A stretch of DNA of 61,512 nucleotides from Oculatellaceae cyanobacterium bins.114 (GTDB lineage: Bacteria > Cyanobacteriota > Cyanobacteriia > Elainellales > Elainellaceae). The DNA is taken from positions 1 to 61,512 of the forward strand of contig JANRJA010000228.1 of assembly GCA_033764315.1 (NCBI GenBank), written 5' to 3'. The position numbers were made by a program, and so were the translations under genes. Numbering within the stretch: the stretch's first letter is position 1; each line of letters begins with the position of its first letter. Positions 1-11,212 of this stretch are shown here, one piece after another. The notes below the pieces were generated by a model, which did no database searches, was not told where the DNA came from, and saw only the letters and a list, made by a program, of their open reading frames with translations.

Positions 1-517
1 AATCAGTTCTATAGGCAGGACGCAATGGATTGAGGGCAAAGATGTGTTTAATGTCAGTCAGCAATAACTCCTGATGTTGTTGCTCGTGGTGCAGCCCTAA
101 CACGATCAGAGCTTGCACAGAGGGTTCTAGAGATTGAGTCAGGAGCGATCGCATAGCGTCATCAACATGGGAGCGATAGCGATAAATTTCATCAACTGTT
201 GGACGAGCTAGCAACCCTCTCTGAGGCCGAGGATGTCGTTGTCCAACCGCTTCGTAGTAGGAATTAAACAAATAGCCAAACGTGGGGTGAAAAACGTCAT
301 AGCCTGGTAGGTGGGGCAGTAACAGAAATGTTTCAAAAAACCAACTGGTATGCGCCAAGTGCCATTTTGGCGGACTCACATCGGGCATGCTTTGAATCAC
401 ATAGTCTTCAATGGCTAAAGGCTGACAGATCAATTCACTCAGTTGGCGTACTGATTGGTATTGGTCTATCAGGGAAAGCTTTGCCTGAAGTTGGGAAGTC
501 AGGATGGGAGGGATCAT
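1..517 (-). CDS. egtB: Ergothioneine biosynthesis sulfoxide synthase EgtB, N-terminal part (runs off window start; not in ORF track)
   Basis: Manual minus-strand translation from ATG 517: ...QSMPDVSPPKWHLAHTSWFFETF...LFNSYYEAVGQRHPRPQRGLLARP...GLHHEQQHQELLLTDIKH, the EgtB DinB-like iron-binding motifs. Confidence 0.93.
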   Translation of the reverse strand, partial: MIPPILTSQLQAKLSLIDQYQSVRQLSELICQPLAIEDYVIQSMPDVSPPKWHLAHTSWFFETFLLLPHLPGYDVFHPTFGYLFNSYYEAVGQRHPRPQRGLLARPTVDEIYRYRSHVDDAMRSLLTQSLEPSVQALIVLGLHHEQQHQELLLTDIKHIFALNPLRPAYRTD

Positions 518-1692
518 AAATTATTCAGGTTAGGTCAATGAGAAGTTTTCCAGATACAACAGTATCTAATTCGATCTACTGAGCAAGCATCTAACTTTTA
601 ACAGTTCATTTGATGCAGGCGTAGATTCATCCACCTTAGGGTGAAGATTTAGACAGGTCATCGGGGCAAAAGGCATGTCGCCCTGACAGAATTTGCACGA
701 TTTGAGCCAGGTCAATCTAGTAGACAGAATCTATACGGGTGTTGAGTTTCACAGCGATTTGTCCCACCTACGCTAAAAAAAATTGTGACTCAACCCAGCT
801 TGATTTCAGATTGTGATGTTTTGTCAGGATAATTAGATGAGTTTTCACTAAGAAACAGATTTGACTTCCCTGAGTTATCCAGTCATTGTGCGTGATTTTA
901 GTTAAGTAGACAGACCATGTTCTCAATGGATCTTGGTGGAGTTGAGTCAAGTTTTTTTGACTTAACGGTTAGAGTGCCTTAAGTTTCGATCGTGATAATA
1001 GCTCCTTAGGGTTGATTATTTTCAATTAAATTTCTGCTGTTATCAGCTTCGCAACTATTTGCAAATAACTAGAATTTTGGGCGTTGTTGATTACATGCCA
1101 AGTTTTGTAGGGTTGTGGGTCTGCTTTCAACTTCATGTAAACCTGTACCTTGCCATCTCTGATATTGTCTAATGACAAGCAAAATCGAACTATAGCAATC
1201 CCAAATGGAGTGTGAGAGATTGACCCCCAGTTCCTGTGCCCCGCTCTAACTGCAAAATCATCGGTACACAGTACTCAGTAGGCTGGCTCAAATGACAACA
1301 AACTTTCTAGCTAAGCCTGATCTAAAACATCTTTTCAGCAAAAGTTATTGTGTGGCTCAGCAAAAACTCATTTTTTGCGAGGCTGCTTTTATTAAAGTTA
1401 ATGACACAGAAGACATAGATGATATTTCACTCAACCGATCGGGTGTAGTGTAAACAGCGGTTAATCTGCATGATAAGTTTTGGGGTACCTGAAACGCTAC
1501 ATGTGTATCGCCCACTCTATGCCGTCGTGACTACTGGACTACTGCTATCAGTCAGTCAGCGACATCAGTTAGCGACAGAGGTTTGGCGATATAGATAGAA
1601 AAGTAAGTTACTGTTCTATCAAGACCAATCGAGATTTGATCCGGTGCAGATGAAGCCTATGTTTTGACCTTGCCCGCTTGAGGAGAGACAGC

Positions 1693-2370
1693 ATGACAGC
1701 ACACATTCTCTTAGTTGAAGACGAAGTCAAATTGGCTCGGTTTATCGAGTTGGAGTTAGATAGCGAAGGATATCGCGTGAGCGTGGCTCATGATGGCATG
1801 TCAGGCTTATCTTTAGCACGAGAGTCTGAGTTAGATTTGGCAATTTTAGATTGGATGTTGCCTGGTTTAACTGGGGTAGAGTTGTGTCGTCGGTTGCGAG
1901 CAACAGGAAGCAAAGTGCCTATCATTTTGTTGACGGCTCGCGATGAAGTCAACGATCGCGTCACTGGGTTAGATGCAGGAGCAGATGATTACGTCGTCAA
2001 ACCGTTTAGTATTGAGGAATTGTTGGCGAGAATTCGAGCACACCTGCGCCGCACTCAAGAAGTAGACGAAAATGTGTTGCAGTTTGAAGACCTGTACTTA
2101 AATCGGCGGACTCGGCAAGTGCTGCGAGGACAACGCCCCATTGAACTCACGGCTAAAGAGTTTGACTTGCTGGAATATCTGCTCAACAAGCCGCGTCAGG
2201 TTTATACCCGTGATCAGATTCTCGAAAAGGTGTGGGGCTATGATTTCATGGGTGATTCCAATATTATTGAGGTCTATATTCGCTATTTGCGACTGAAGTT
2301 AGAAGAACAAGGCGAGAAACGGTTGATTCACACGGTGCGGGGCGTGGGATATGCCTTGCGAGAGCACTAG
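1693..2370 (+). CDS. OmpR-family two-component response regulator
   Basis: Receiver (ILLVEDE, LDWMLP, KPF) plus winged-helix (TVRGVGY). ATG 1693 follows AGGAG. Confidence 0.93.
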   Translation: MTAHILLVEDEVKLARFIELELDSEGYRVSVAHDGMSGLSLARESELDLAILDWMLPGLTGVELCRRLRATGSKVPIILLTARDEVNDRVTGLDAGADDYVVKPFSIEELLARIRAHLRRTQEVDENVLQFEDLYLNRRTRQVLRGQRPIELTAKEFDLLEYLLNKPRQVYTRDQILEKVWGYDFMGDSNIIEVYIRYLRLKLEEQGEKRLIHTVRGVGYALREH

Positions 2371-2840
2371 GCGATCGCCCTAACTCGTTCCCAGGTCAAT
2401 TCAAAGACGCTGCCATCACCACTGCTTAGAGGTGGGGTGCTAAGCGTGATCTGGTCGCCACTCACTGCCACAGTACGCAGCAAATTTGTCCCAACTCGAT
2501 TGGGAATCGATGCGATTTCTACCTGATGAATGACTGTATCGCCGCTGATGGTATAGGTTCCAGCATAGGCATTAAACGTTAAAAAGGCTTGAGCTAACTC
2601 CTCTGAGGAAAGCGACTGTATTTCAGAGCTAAAGGGAGATTCAATAGCTTGGCTCAACGCAGGGCGATCGCTCCTGGCAAACAAAACCAACACACGACCT
2701 TCAGGGGTGTAAGTGATGTAACCCACTGGATCTGCACCATAAACATCAGGAGTGATGGTGCCATTGGGCAAACGGGCGATCGCTGACACTAGTTTCCAAG
2801 TACCGATGAGCGCATGAGAGAGGGGTGGGGATGCAGACAT
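2367..2840 (-). CDS. Lipocalin-like domain protein
   Basis: LIGTWKLVS...GYITYT...AYAGTY...LTWER pattern of the Lipocalin_5 family. Confidence 0.8.
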   Translation of the reverse strand: MSASPPLSHALIGTWKLVSAIARLPNGTITPDVYGADPVGYITYTPEGRVLVLFARSDRPALSQAIESPFSSEIQSLSSEELAQAFLTFNAYAGTYTISGDTVIHQVEIASIPNRVGTNLLRTVAVSGDQITLSTPPLSSGDGSVFELTWERVRAIA

Positions 2841-3083
2841 GAGAGTGCTTAAACAGCAACAGCCGTAGTGTAATCGACAAAGGGGCAGAATGGGTTTCTT
2901 GATAAGAAGTTGCCAAATAGGGTGATGTCGTTTCTAGAGTCAGTTTTCTAAGATGATGCTGATCATGGCTGATTACTCAAATTTTGCATCACTTGCAACC
3001 ATTGCCTGAGAGCAGGTGGTTGAGCAAGATGCAAGATCTCAGATACCTTTCTTTAAGCATTCTCTCTGCTTCCCTAGTGGGTT

Positions 3084-4052
3084 ATGGCAAAGTCTCGCAA
3101 ATTAGAAGAACTCACCACCGCCTTCAATCAGATTCGTCATGACCCCACATCAGAAATGGCGATCGCCACGCTACATCAGATTCTCACAAGCAAATATGGC
3201 ATCATTGTGGCTCAAGCGGCTCACCTGATCGGTGAGTTTGAGATGCATCGGTTTGTTCCTGATCTGGTGGCTGCCTTTAGTCGGTTTATGCTCAATGCCA
3301 AGGATAGCGATCCGGGGTGTCGAGCCAAACAGGCGATCGCTGAAACCCTATATCGGCTCAATTACAGTGATGAAGCTTTATTTTTGCAAGGCATTCATCA
3401 TGTGCAACTGGAACCTGTCTGGGGTGGACAGGTTGATACAGCTCCCCGGTTGCGGGGCACCTGCGCCTTGGGCTTAGTGAGAATGAATTACTCGCAAGTC
3501 ATGGTTGAACTGGCAGATTTGTTGGCAGACTCAGACCCAGAAGCCCGCATTGGAGCCGCACGAGCGATCGCCTATAGCGGCAACGACCAGGGCATTCCAC
3601 TCCTGCGATTGCGAGTTAAAGTGGGCGACACCACTCCGGTTTTGTCAGAGTGTTTGATCGCGTTGCTCACCCTGGCACCCGTTCCGACACTGCCTCTGAT
3701 TCAAACCTTGCTCTATCACTACACTCAGCAAGACTCTCCAGAGACCCTTGAGAAGGCAGAAGCCACGGCTCTAGCCTTGGCAGAGTCACGCCGACCTGAA
3801 GCCTTGGACATCTTGCGAGAGTGGTGGCAACAGGTTCGTAACCGCGATGTGCGGCGAACAGGATTGTTGGCGATCGCCACTTTGCGCCACGATAGTGCTC
3901 TAGAATTTTTGTGCACTCTGGTAGAACAAGGCACCGCCAGTGATGCTAGAGATGCCATCAAAGCATTAAGTATCTATCAACACGACACCTCTCTCTGGGA
4001 GCGGGTGCGGCAATTGGCGGATCAACGCGAAGATAGTGTGAAAGCTGATTAG
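3084..4052 (+). CDS. HEAT-repeat (PBS-lyase-like) protein
   Basis: Helical repeats such as LLADSDPEARIGAARAIA; 322 aa. Confidence 0.75.
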   Translation: MAKSRKLEELTTAFNQIRHDPTSEMAIATLHQILTSKYGIIVAQAAHLIGEFEMHRFVPDLVAAFSRFMLNAKDSDPGCRAKQAIAETLYRLNYSDEALFLQGIHHVQLEPVWGGQVDTAPRLRGTCALGLVRMNYSQVMVELADLLADSDPEARIGAARAIAYSGNDQGIPLLRLRVKVGDTTPVLSECLIALLTLAPVPTLPLIQTLLYHYTQQDSPETLEKAEATALALAESRRPEALDILREWWQQVRNRDVRRTGLLAIATLRHDSALEFLCTLVEQGTASDARDAIKALSIYQHDTSLWERVRQLADQREDSVKAD

Positions 4053-4204
4053 CAAGGGGTAACGTTGGCACGCACCCTATCCTGAGGACAGCCCACCTTA
4101 AATGGAGTGTGGAATTTCGGGGTGCAGGGGCTTTGTCGTGAGTTCAGCCGTGGATATCGTTTGACTGTTGCTATACAAGATCACATAAGAGCAAATAACA
4201 AGTT

Positions 4205-4579
4205 ATGCATGAACCCATCAAACACGAGGTTGAAACACTGGAGACTGAGCTTGCCCGCGCCATTTTAGAGCAAGATGTTGAAACACTCGATCGATTAATC
4301 TCAGATGAAGCTACTTTTGTGACTCCAGAAGGGGTTGTGTTGAACAAAGCGCAAAACTTAGCCCTTTATACCTCTGGAGAACTAAAAATCAGCACCTATG
4401 AAAGTAGCGAGTTTGTCTTGCAGGCATACGATGCCACTGCTTTAACCAATCTCAAGACCAGCATTGTAGGCAATTTACAAGGAAGACCCTTTACTGGAAT
4501 TTACCGCTACACCCGTGTCTATTTAAAGACCAACAATCAATGGCGCATTATTGCCACTCAAGCAACGGCGATCGCTTGA
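4205..4579 (+). CDS. NTF2-like / DUF4440 family protein
   Basis: DVETLDRLISDE...RYTRVYLK...WRIIATQAT. Confidence 0.8.
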   Translation: MHEPIKHEVETLETELARAILEQDVETLDRLISDEATFVTPEGVVLNKAQNLALYTSGELKISTYESSEFVLQAYDATALTNLKTSIVGNLQGRPFTGIYRYTRVYLKTNNQWRIIATQATAIA

Positions 4580-4615
4580 ATATATGCCCTAGTCAGCCAG
4601 CTTAGAACAAAGTTA

Positions 4616-4715
4616 TACCGATTTAAACGGATTTTTGGGCAGATCAAAGTTCAGGAGGGGCTTGGCAGTGCCAAGCCCGTACCAGGATCTATCGTGTTTT
4701 CAATTCAAATTGGTA
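4616..4715. repeat. MITE-like element, family A copy 1 (ends TACCGATTT / AAATTGGTA)
   Basis: Near-identical 99-bp copy at 43535-43633. Confidence 0.85.
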
Positions 4716-4916
4716 TTAGAACAAAGGCAATAGCTCCAATCAGCGGTGCTAGAGGTTATATCGTCGAAACCAGAGGTGTTTGTTATTTGCCCAAAGTACT
4801 GGATAATGCCTTCAGAGGCAGAGGGTGTTGCTGATATGTTGTTGATAACCAATCCGTTCTATGACAGACCCTAATAACACCCTATAACAAAAATAAGGGG
4901 GTGAAATAACAAGTAG

Positions 4917-6449
4917 ATGGGTACAGCTCAACCATTCACGATCGCCCCGTCAGGTTACATTCTGGCGTTGGATCTGGGCACTACCGGAAACCGAGCATTT
5001 CTATTCAACCATGTTGGGCAGGTTGTAGGTCAAGCCTATCGGGAGTTAACACAACACTATCCCCAACCGGGATGGCTAGAACATGACCCGCTAGAAATTT
5101 GGCATGCCACTTGTGCCGTGATGCAAGAGGCTATTCAGCAGGCTGGGATTCAGCCTTTAGAGGTGCGGGCGATCGGGCTAACGGTGCAACGAGAAACCTG
5201 TTTGCTGTGGGACAAAACAACTGGACAACCCCTTCATCATGCGATTGTTTGGCAAGATCGGCGTACGACTCCTCATTGTCAGCAGTTACAAGAACAGGGT
5301 TATGGGGCTGAGATTACAGAGCGCACAGGGTTGGTGATTGATGCTTATTTTTCGGCGACTAAACTCAGTTGGTTGCTCAAAAATGTGGTTCAACCAGCAG
5401 CTATTTCACTCGACACGATTTTAGCTGGAACGATTGATAGCTGGATTTTGTGGAAACTCACAGGGGGCAAAGTCCACGCCACTGATGACAGCAATGCCAG
5501 TCGCACTCTGTTATATAACCTCACCACTCGTCAGTGGGATGCATCCCTGCTGCAATTATTTGGCATCCCGGCTCAATGGTTGCCCCAAATTCAACCCAGC
5601 TTGAGCTACTTTGGCACCACTGCTACTTCAGTCATGGGGGCTGAGATTCCCATCACTGCGATTTTGGGTGATCAGCAAGCTTCATTGTTTGGTCATGGGT
5701 GCGATCGCCCTGGTTTGGTTAAATGCACTTACGGAACGGGCAGTTTCTTAGTTGCACATACAGGGGAACACATTGTTCGTTCTCAGAAACAGTTGATTGC
5801 CACAATCGCCTGGACTCAGCAACAGACTAATGAGAAAACAGCCGTCGGTTATGCCTTGGAGGGCAGCATGTTTACCACAGGGGCTTGCATTCAATGGCTA
5901 CGCGATGGGTTAAATGTGATTCAAACCGCCGCTGAAACAGAAGCCCTGGCGCAGCAGGTATCTGATACGGCTGGAGTTTATTTCGTTCCAGCTTTTAGCG
6001 GATTAGGCGCACCCCATTGGGATATGGAAGCACGGGGGGCGTTTTTGGGGTTGACCGGGGGGGCACAACGACAACATCTAATCCGAGCTGTTTTAGAAGC
6101 GATCGCGTTTCAAGTCAAAGAGGTGGTGCAGGCGATCGATCAATCAGGTGTCGTTAAAATTGAGCGGCTTCGGGTAGATGGCGGTGCCTGCCAAAATAAT
6201 TTCTTGATGCAGATTCAAGCCGATGTCTTGGGTATCCCTGTTGAGCGTCCGGCTTTGCTTGATACCACTGTTCAGGGAGTCGCCTTTGCCGCAGGGCTAG
6301 CTGTGGGCTTCTGGCAAACTAACGCAGAACTGACGCAACAACGCCAGGTCGAGCGAGTCTTTGAACCCAGTTCTAACTCAGACCGGGCGATCGCTCAGTT
6401 CACCATCTGGCAAAAGGCAGTCGAACGCGCCAAACATTGGGTGAGTTAA
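4917..6449 (+). CDS. glpK: Glycerol kinase
   Basis: ALDLGTT, QRET, WQDRRT, DAYFSATK, GDQQA, TYGTG, YALEG motifs. Confidence 0.95.
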   Translation: MGTAQPFTIAPSGYILALDLGTTGNRAFLFNHVGQVVGQAYRELTQHYPQPGWLEHDPLEIWHATCAVMQEAIQQAGIQPLEVRAIGLTVQRETCLLWDKTTGQPLHHAIVWQDRRTTPHCQQLQEQGYGAEITERTGLVIDAYFSATKLSWLLKNVVQPAAISLDTILAGTIDSWILWKLTGGKVHATDDSNASRTLLYNLTTRQWDASLLQLFGIPAQWLPQIQPSLSYFGTTATSVMGAEIPITAILGDQQASLFGHGCDRPGLVKCTYGTGSFLVAHTGEHIVRSQKQLIATIAWTQQQTNEKTAVGYALEGSMFTTGACIQWLRDGLNVIQTAAETEALAQQVSDTAGVYFVPAFSGLGAPHWDMEARGAFLGLTGGAQRQHLIRAVLEAIAFQVKEVVQAIDQSGVVKIERLRVDGGACQNNFLMQIQADVLGIPVERPALLDTTVQGVAFAAGLAVGFWQTNAELTQQRQVERVFEPSSNSDRAIAQFTIWQKAVERAKHWVS

Positions 6450-6970
6450 ACCTTAAATAAAAATTCATGGATGAGTGTCCAGGGTCCCCCTTCATATCGC
6501 CACAGCAGCAACCCCTCTCCATAGCCGTCAGACGGATTCCACTGGCTCATCAACTGTTGATAGACCTGCTGCGCTTCACCCACCGAAACCTTATTTTGAA
6601 TCGTGATATGAGGTCGATAACCCTGCCGGTCTTGAGTACTGAGCCAATCTGACCAACCTCTAGCAAGTTGCTTTCGCAACTCTATTAATTCAGAGGATTG
6701 AATCTCGATCGCAACACCTTGCCCTAGCGATCGCAGGGTCGGAAAGTGCAGCGACAAAATGGAGGTTCCCTCACAGAAGTGTTGCAAGGTCTGGTGAATA
6801 GCGGTCTCTTGCTCACTGGGTAGTTTGTGAAAGAGGGTGACGTGCGCTGGTAAAAAATTCTTTGCAGGTGGAAAATACTGCTGACGCCACTCGTTAAACC
6901 GTTCAAACGTGGTCTGATCTAGTTTGAGAGTCAAAATTAGGGGCAAGTTAGGCAAGTGCAAGTTAGACAT
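6446..6970 (-). CDS. 2H-phosphoesterase (2'-5' RNA ligase family)
   Basis: Two HxT motifs: PAHVTLF and PHITIQ. Confidence 0.85.
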   Translation of the reverse strand: MSNLHLPNLPLILTLKLDQTTFERFNEWRQQYFPPAKNFLPAHVTLFHKLPSEQETAIHQTLQHFCEGTSILSLHFPTLRSLGQGVAIEIQSSELIELRKQLARGWSDWLSTQDRQGYRPHITIQNKVSVGEAQQVYQQLMSQWNPSDGYGEGLLLWRYEGGPWTLIHEFLFKV

Positions 6971-7076
6971 TGCAAGGCTTAAAAGGGCAGATTATAAACT
7001 GTTTTACACAATACCCCTGCGATAATGCATCCCCAGCGTTTTATAGTAGTGGAGTCGTCGCAATACTTAAATAATT

Positions 7077-8267
7077 GTGAAAGCGATCACCCTCCTCGGT
7101 TCTACTGGCTCCATCGGCACTCAAACCCTCGATATTGTGGCTGAATATCCAGACCAGTTTCGCATTATCGGTCTGGCAGCAAGGCGCAATGTGGAGTTGC
7201 TGGCACAGCAGGTGCGCCAGTTTCGCCCTGAAATTGTTGCCGTTTGTGACCCAGCCCAGCTACCCGCTTTAAAAGAGGCGATCGCTGACTTAAATCCTCA
7301 GCCCATCCTCGTAGCAGGTGAACAGGGAGTCGTTGAGGTCGCTCGCTATGGCGATGCTGAGGCAGTAGTGACAGGCATTGTTGGGTGTGCTGGGTTGCTG
7401 CCCACGATCGCAGCGATTGAGGCCGGTAAAGACATTGCTCTCGCCAACAAAGAAACGCTGATTGCCGGGGGTCCCGTTGTACTGCCCCTAGTGCAAAAGC
7501 ATGGAGTGAAGCTGCTTCCCGCCGATTCTGAGCACTCCGCTATCTTCCAGTGTTTGCAAGGAGTGCCCCCCGGAGGATTAAGCCGCATTCTGTTGACTGC
7601 ATCGGGCGGTGCTTTCCGAGATTTGCCTGTCGAAAAATTAGCTGACGTCAAAGTAGCCGATGCGCTCAAGCATCCCAATTGGTCGATGGGTCGCAAAATT
7701 ACGATCGACTCCGCCACACTGATGAACAAAGGGTTGGAAGTCATTGAGGCGCATTATCTGTTTGGGGTAGATTATGACCACATTGAAATCGTGATTCATC
7801 CCCAAAGCATTATCCACTCGCTGATTGAGCTACAAGACACCTCCATCTTGGCGCAGTTGGGTCTACCCGATATGCGACTGCCCATCCTCTATGCTCTCTC
7901 TTACCCCGATCGCCTTCCCACATCATGGGAACGGTTGGATCTGGTCAAAGCTGGAACGTTGACCTTTAGAGAACCGGATCACCAAAAATATCCCTGTATG
8001 CGCTTGGCCTATGCAGCAGGTCGAGCCGGTGGAGCGATGCCTGCGGTGCTCAACGCAGCCAATGAACAAGCTGTCGAACTGTTTTTAAACGAAGAAATTC
8101 GGTTCTTGGATATTCCCAGGTTGATCGAGGCCGTGTGCGATCGCCACCATCCTCATAATCTGTCAAGCCCCAGTTTAGACGACATCATCGCCGCCGACCA
8201 ATGGGCACGTCAAGAAGTGTTAGACACCAGCAAAAAACTCTACTCACTTTCATACATCTCTGGATAG
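7077..8267 (+). CDS. dxr: 1-deoxy-D-xylulose-5-phosphate reductoisomerase
   Basis: [33 protein letters not shown] motifs. Confidence 0.97.
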   Translation: MKAITLLGSTGSIGTQTLDIVAEYPDQFRIIGLAARRNVELLAQQVRQFRPEIVAVCDPAQLPALKEAIADLNPQPILVAGEQGVVEVARYGDAEAVVTGIVGCAGLLPTIAAIEAGKDIALANKETLIAGGPVVLPLVQKHGVKLLPADSEHSAIFQCLQGVPPGGLSRILLTASGGAFRDLPVEKLADVKVADALKHPNWSMGRKITIDSATLMNKGLEVIEAHYLFGVDYDHIEIVIHPQSIIHSLIELQDTSILAQLGLPDMRLPILYALSYPDRLPTSWERLDLVKAGTLTFREPDHQKYPCMRLAYAAGRAGGAMPAVLNAANEQAVELFLNEEIRFLDIPRLIEAVCDRHHPHNLSSPSLDDIIAADQWARQEVLDTSKKLYSLSYISG

Positions 8268-8298
8268 AATCAAAGCAATTGATTTCTATCTTCCAGCA

Positions 8299-8739
8299 AT
8301 GCAAAATCCAGTACAGCGTCTAAAATTGATTCCCTGGCGTGACTTGTTGCATGTTGCAGGTCTTGCTTTGCTATTGGCGACTTTTCTAGATACGGTGTTG
8401 GCTTACTTGCATCTCAAAAACGCACTCGTTGGAGACATTTTTGACCTGTTGCTGACGCCTCCGCTCGCCGTCATTATGTTTGTGGCGGTGTTTGCTGGGG
8501 TAGGCGCATTAGCCGTCTTTTTAATGGAGCGGTGCTTTCGACAGCTCATCATTAATACCGCTAACCTATGGGCTCTGGTGCTATGCCTGATTATTGTGAT
8601 TGCGATCAAGGCGGTTCTGCCCATTCCTAGTTTGCTGCTCCAGGCCGATCAAGCCTCTTTGATGGGGCTAATTGTGGGAGTGTTTTTAACCAGTTGGAAG
8701 TATTGGCGATACAGCAGTGGGGGTGGTTGTTGCCGATAG
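8299..8739 (+). CDS. Hypothetical membrane protein (about 4 TM)
   Basis: Hydrophobic 146-aa ORF directly after dxr. Confidence 0.7.
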   Translation: MQNPVQRLKLIPWRDLLHVAGLALLLATFLDTVLAYLHLKNALVGDIFDLLLTPPLAVIMFVAVFAGVGALAVFLMERCFRQLIINTANLWALVLCLIIVIAIKAVLPIPSLLLQADQASLMGLIVGVFLTSWKYWRYSSGGGCCR

Positions 8740-8743
8740 ATTG

Positions 8744-9217
8744 CTATTGAGGACTCAGGGTTCGCTGCAAAATATCGCTCGCCGGTTCAACCATTGCCCA
8801 GGTGCCGTCGGGTTGTCGCCGCAGTGCAGCAAACTCTAGATAATCAGCAGAGGCGATCGCCTCCCCCCGCTTTACCTCCCCAAGTTTGGGTTGTCTTACC
8901 CCACACCAACGAAACAGATAGGCAGGCACCTCTGGACTTGAAAAGACAACACATCCCTCCAAGTCATTAGGTTGCACTAATCCGTCAAAGGGAGCATAAA
9001 TTTTGCCCCCATTCAGGTCAACAGAGATATCACCCAAGCTTCCAGCAACACGGTGTCCGGCAACTTGATCGCCCGGTTGCAGTTCCCAAGTTTGTTGAAT
9101 CTGGAGCTTTCGCAGAGAGGTTTCAGATTGCGAGGTGCTGCAACTTGATGCCATTAGCAACACTGCCAACAGCACACCAACTCGCCTGGGAATTAAACTG
9201 CTACCCTGCATACCCAC
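8744..9217 (-). CDS. Hypothetical putative lipoprotein
   Basis: Signal-like LLAVLLMASSC; IYAPFDGLV motif resembling M23 or hybrid-barrel domains; last gene of a three-gene run. Confidence 0.7.
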   Translation of the reverse strand: MGMQGSSLIPRRVGVLLAVLLMASSCSTSQSETSLRKLQIQQTWELQPGDQVAGHRVAGSLGDISVDLNGGKIYAPFDGLVQPNDLEGCVVFSSPEVPAYLFRWCGVRQPKLGEVKRGEAIASADYLEFAALRRQPDGTWAMVEPASDILQRTLSPQ

Positions 9218-9228
9218 ACCGAACCTAG

Positions 9229-9618
9229 TTAAAAGCTAAACCGATATCCCGCGTATTCATCACCCTCATAGAGAATAACCAGACGAGCTTGAGGATCAAA
9301 GGCAAGAGGATAAACATCTCGATCAGCCGCAACCCCTGCCCTAATTTGCAGACTGGGTAATTGGCAGTAAGGCTCCTTCAAAATGTCTCGCACCCGTGTT
9401 TTGTTGTCTCGCTCTGGCACTGTCAAGAGTTGAGCTAGTTGCTCTCTGGAAATTGCAACCTGGGAATTAATTGTACCTTGGCAAACCTCAGGATGACTTT
9501 GATATTGTTTTGGGGTCACAGTTCCACGGACATCAATTAATAACCCTACCAGGGCAAATACTAACCCACCTGCTAACAAAGGCTTTAATGTGGCGAATTC
9601 AGGGTTTACTTGCTTCAT
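9229..9618 (-). CDS. Hypothetical membrane-anchored protein
   Basis: N-terminal TM helix, two Cys; likely start MKQVNPEF at 9618. Confidence 0.7.
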   Translation of the reverse strand: MKQVNPEFATLKPLLAGGLVFALVGLLIDVRGTVTPKQYQSHPEVCQGTINSQVAISREQLAQLLTVPERDNKTRVRDILKEPYCQLPSLQIRAGVAADRDVYPLAFDPQARLVILYEGDEYAGYRFSF

Positions 9619-9643
9619 GACTGCTCTCCTTTGCTTTGATCCC

Positions 9644-10738
9644 TTACAGTCTGCCGCCCAACAACAACCCAACCATAATGAGAAACAGACGATATCCCCA
9701 GACTAATCCTGCTTGAGGAGTCACCGTAGTGCGATAAACCGCGATCGCCGCTGGGGTTGCAATTAGGGCAATTACGGGCAACCACATGGCTGGGTGAGCC
9801 ACCAAAAACAGGTCTAGTGCAACGCGCACGATGACCGAGCCTAAAACCCACATGCCTGCATCTTGCAGTGAGAACTCTGGAACCGCAACCGCTTGTGACT
9901 GTGCTTGTGTTTGCCGCGATCGCGTTGTTTTGAGAGATGGGCGTTTTTTAGGAGTGTTGAGGGTCTCAATAAAAGCTGAGATTCGTTGCCAGATCCTCTG
10001 TGTCAACGGTTCAAAATCAGATGCTTGATGTGCACGACGGCTTGGCAAAGCACTCCCTCTAACGTTGCCATGAGTTGTTGCAGCCTGACCTGAGCGATGC
10101 CGCAGAGTTTGTGCCATTGCACTAGCTTCCCGCTCTGCCCTAAACAAATCAACCGATCGCGCCGTTAGCACAAAAGACCCGTCTTCATCTCGTTCAATAT
10201 AAGGCACAGCTGTCGTCAGATATTCACAAACGCGAGACGAGTCAGCACCTCTTCTTTGGGCGACATTCTGATCTAACTCGGTCGCTTTGCGATCGCGCTC
10301 TAACTGTTCAGCGATCGCCTTCCACTCCAACATGGCAGCTTCTTGTGCTGCCGAAAGATTGTTGATGTGTTGAGCTTGCTGCTCTAACCGCTGCAACATT
10401 TGGGTCAATGGCTGTTCTGGAGTGGCTTTTGTGGTTTTAGCAGGAGGCTGTGCTTTAGCCGATCGCGCAGATGGCTCTGGCAAGGGGAGTTGAAACTGTC
10501 TCAGATAAGCCGTCTGTTGTTGTAACTGCTCAACTACAGCGGCTAACTGGGCGTGATCCAATTGGGTCTGATCGAGTCGTTCTGATTGAGTCTGGCTTTG
10601 AGGACGTGCTACTGTGGCGGTTGTACTATTGGGAGTCATCTCAACCATAGTTGGCAAAGCCTTACCTGTAGTTCGGCTCGCTTGAATAGCCCGTAATTTT
10701 TCTTGGATTGCTTTAATTTCAGCTTGGGACTGTTTCAT
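9644..10738 (-). CDS. Hypothetical coiled-coil protein with C-terminal TM helices
   Basis: Q/E/A-rich helical body, three C-terminal hydrophobic segments; AAGGAG before ATG 10738. Confidence 0.8.
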   Translation of the reverse strand: MKQSQAEIKAIQEKLRAIQASRTTGKALPTMVEMTPNSTTATVARPQSQTQSERLDQTQLDHAQLAAVVEQLQQQTAYLRQFQLPLPEPSARSAKAQPPAKTTKATPEQPLTQMLQRLEQQAQHINNLSAAQEAAMLEWKAIAEQLERDRKATELDQNVAQRRGADSSRVCEYLTTAVPYIERDEDGSFVLTARSVDLFRAEREASAMAQTLRHRSGQAATTHGNVRGSALPSRRAHQASDFEPLTQRIWQRISAFIETLNTPKKRPSLKTTRSRQTQAQSQAVAVPEFSLQDAGMWVLGSVIVRVALDLFLVAHPAMWLPVIALIATPAAIAVYRTTVTPQAGLVWGYRLFLIMVGLLLGGRL

Positions 10739-10789
10739 ATACACTCCTTGGGGGGGTTGCCAATACCTGACGCGCAGTAGATGTAACTT

Positions 10790-10803
10790 GGTACAAGTGT
10801 ACT
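10790..10803. promoter_or_regulatory. Cyanobacterial LexA box (GGTACAAGTGTACT); second near-match at 10855-10868
   Basis: Matches consensus RGTACNNNDGTWCB about 50 nt upstream of the 10738 gene. Confidence 0.7.
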
Positions 10804-10961
10804 ATAAAGATAATGCTTTTGTACTAATTCTGCAAGGCATAGCGAAAATTAATTAGTACAAACGTATTATTACAACCGCTAACCCTACTTTGATTAAATG
10901 CAGAGTATTTCTTAATGGTTGTTCAGAGCAGAAGGCAAAAGGAGTCAGTAAATTGGGCGAG

Positions 10962-11120
10962 TGGCGGTTGAAACCGCACCTACCAGAACAAAACTGGCTT
11001 CCACCGGTTCAAAACCCTCAGTCCGTGTCGGAGGTTCGGCGAAGCTCAGATGTGCGGCGAAGCTCAGTTAAGCCGTCGAGCCGCGGACTTCGTTCCCATA
11101 GCCGTGAATTCATTCGCTGG
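10962..11120. repeat. REP/MITE-like element, family C
   Basis: Ends TGGCGGTTGAAACCGCA and GAATTCATTCGCTGG match 41861-41980 in reverse complement; internal CGGCGAAGCTCAG duplication. Confidence 0.7.
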
Positions 11121-11212
11121 GTTCAGCCCCCAATCACTTCCTACCCCATGTTTGCGAGGACTGATCGCCAGCAAGTTATGATAGCGAAGGCAACCCCATC
11201 CTGAGAAGAACG

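Noticed and set aside
328..519. 63-aa plus-strand ORF
   Set aside because: Antisense shadow of egtB.
10890..11204. 104-aa ORF
   Set aside because: Spans a repeat element and has no protein features.
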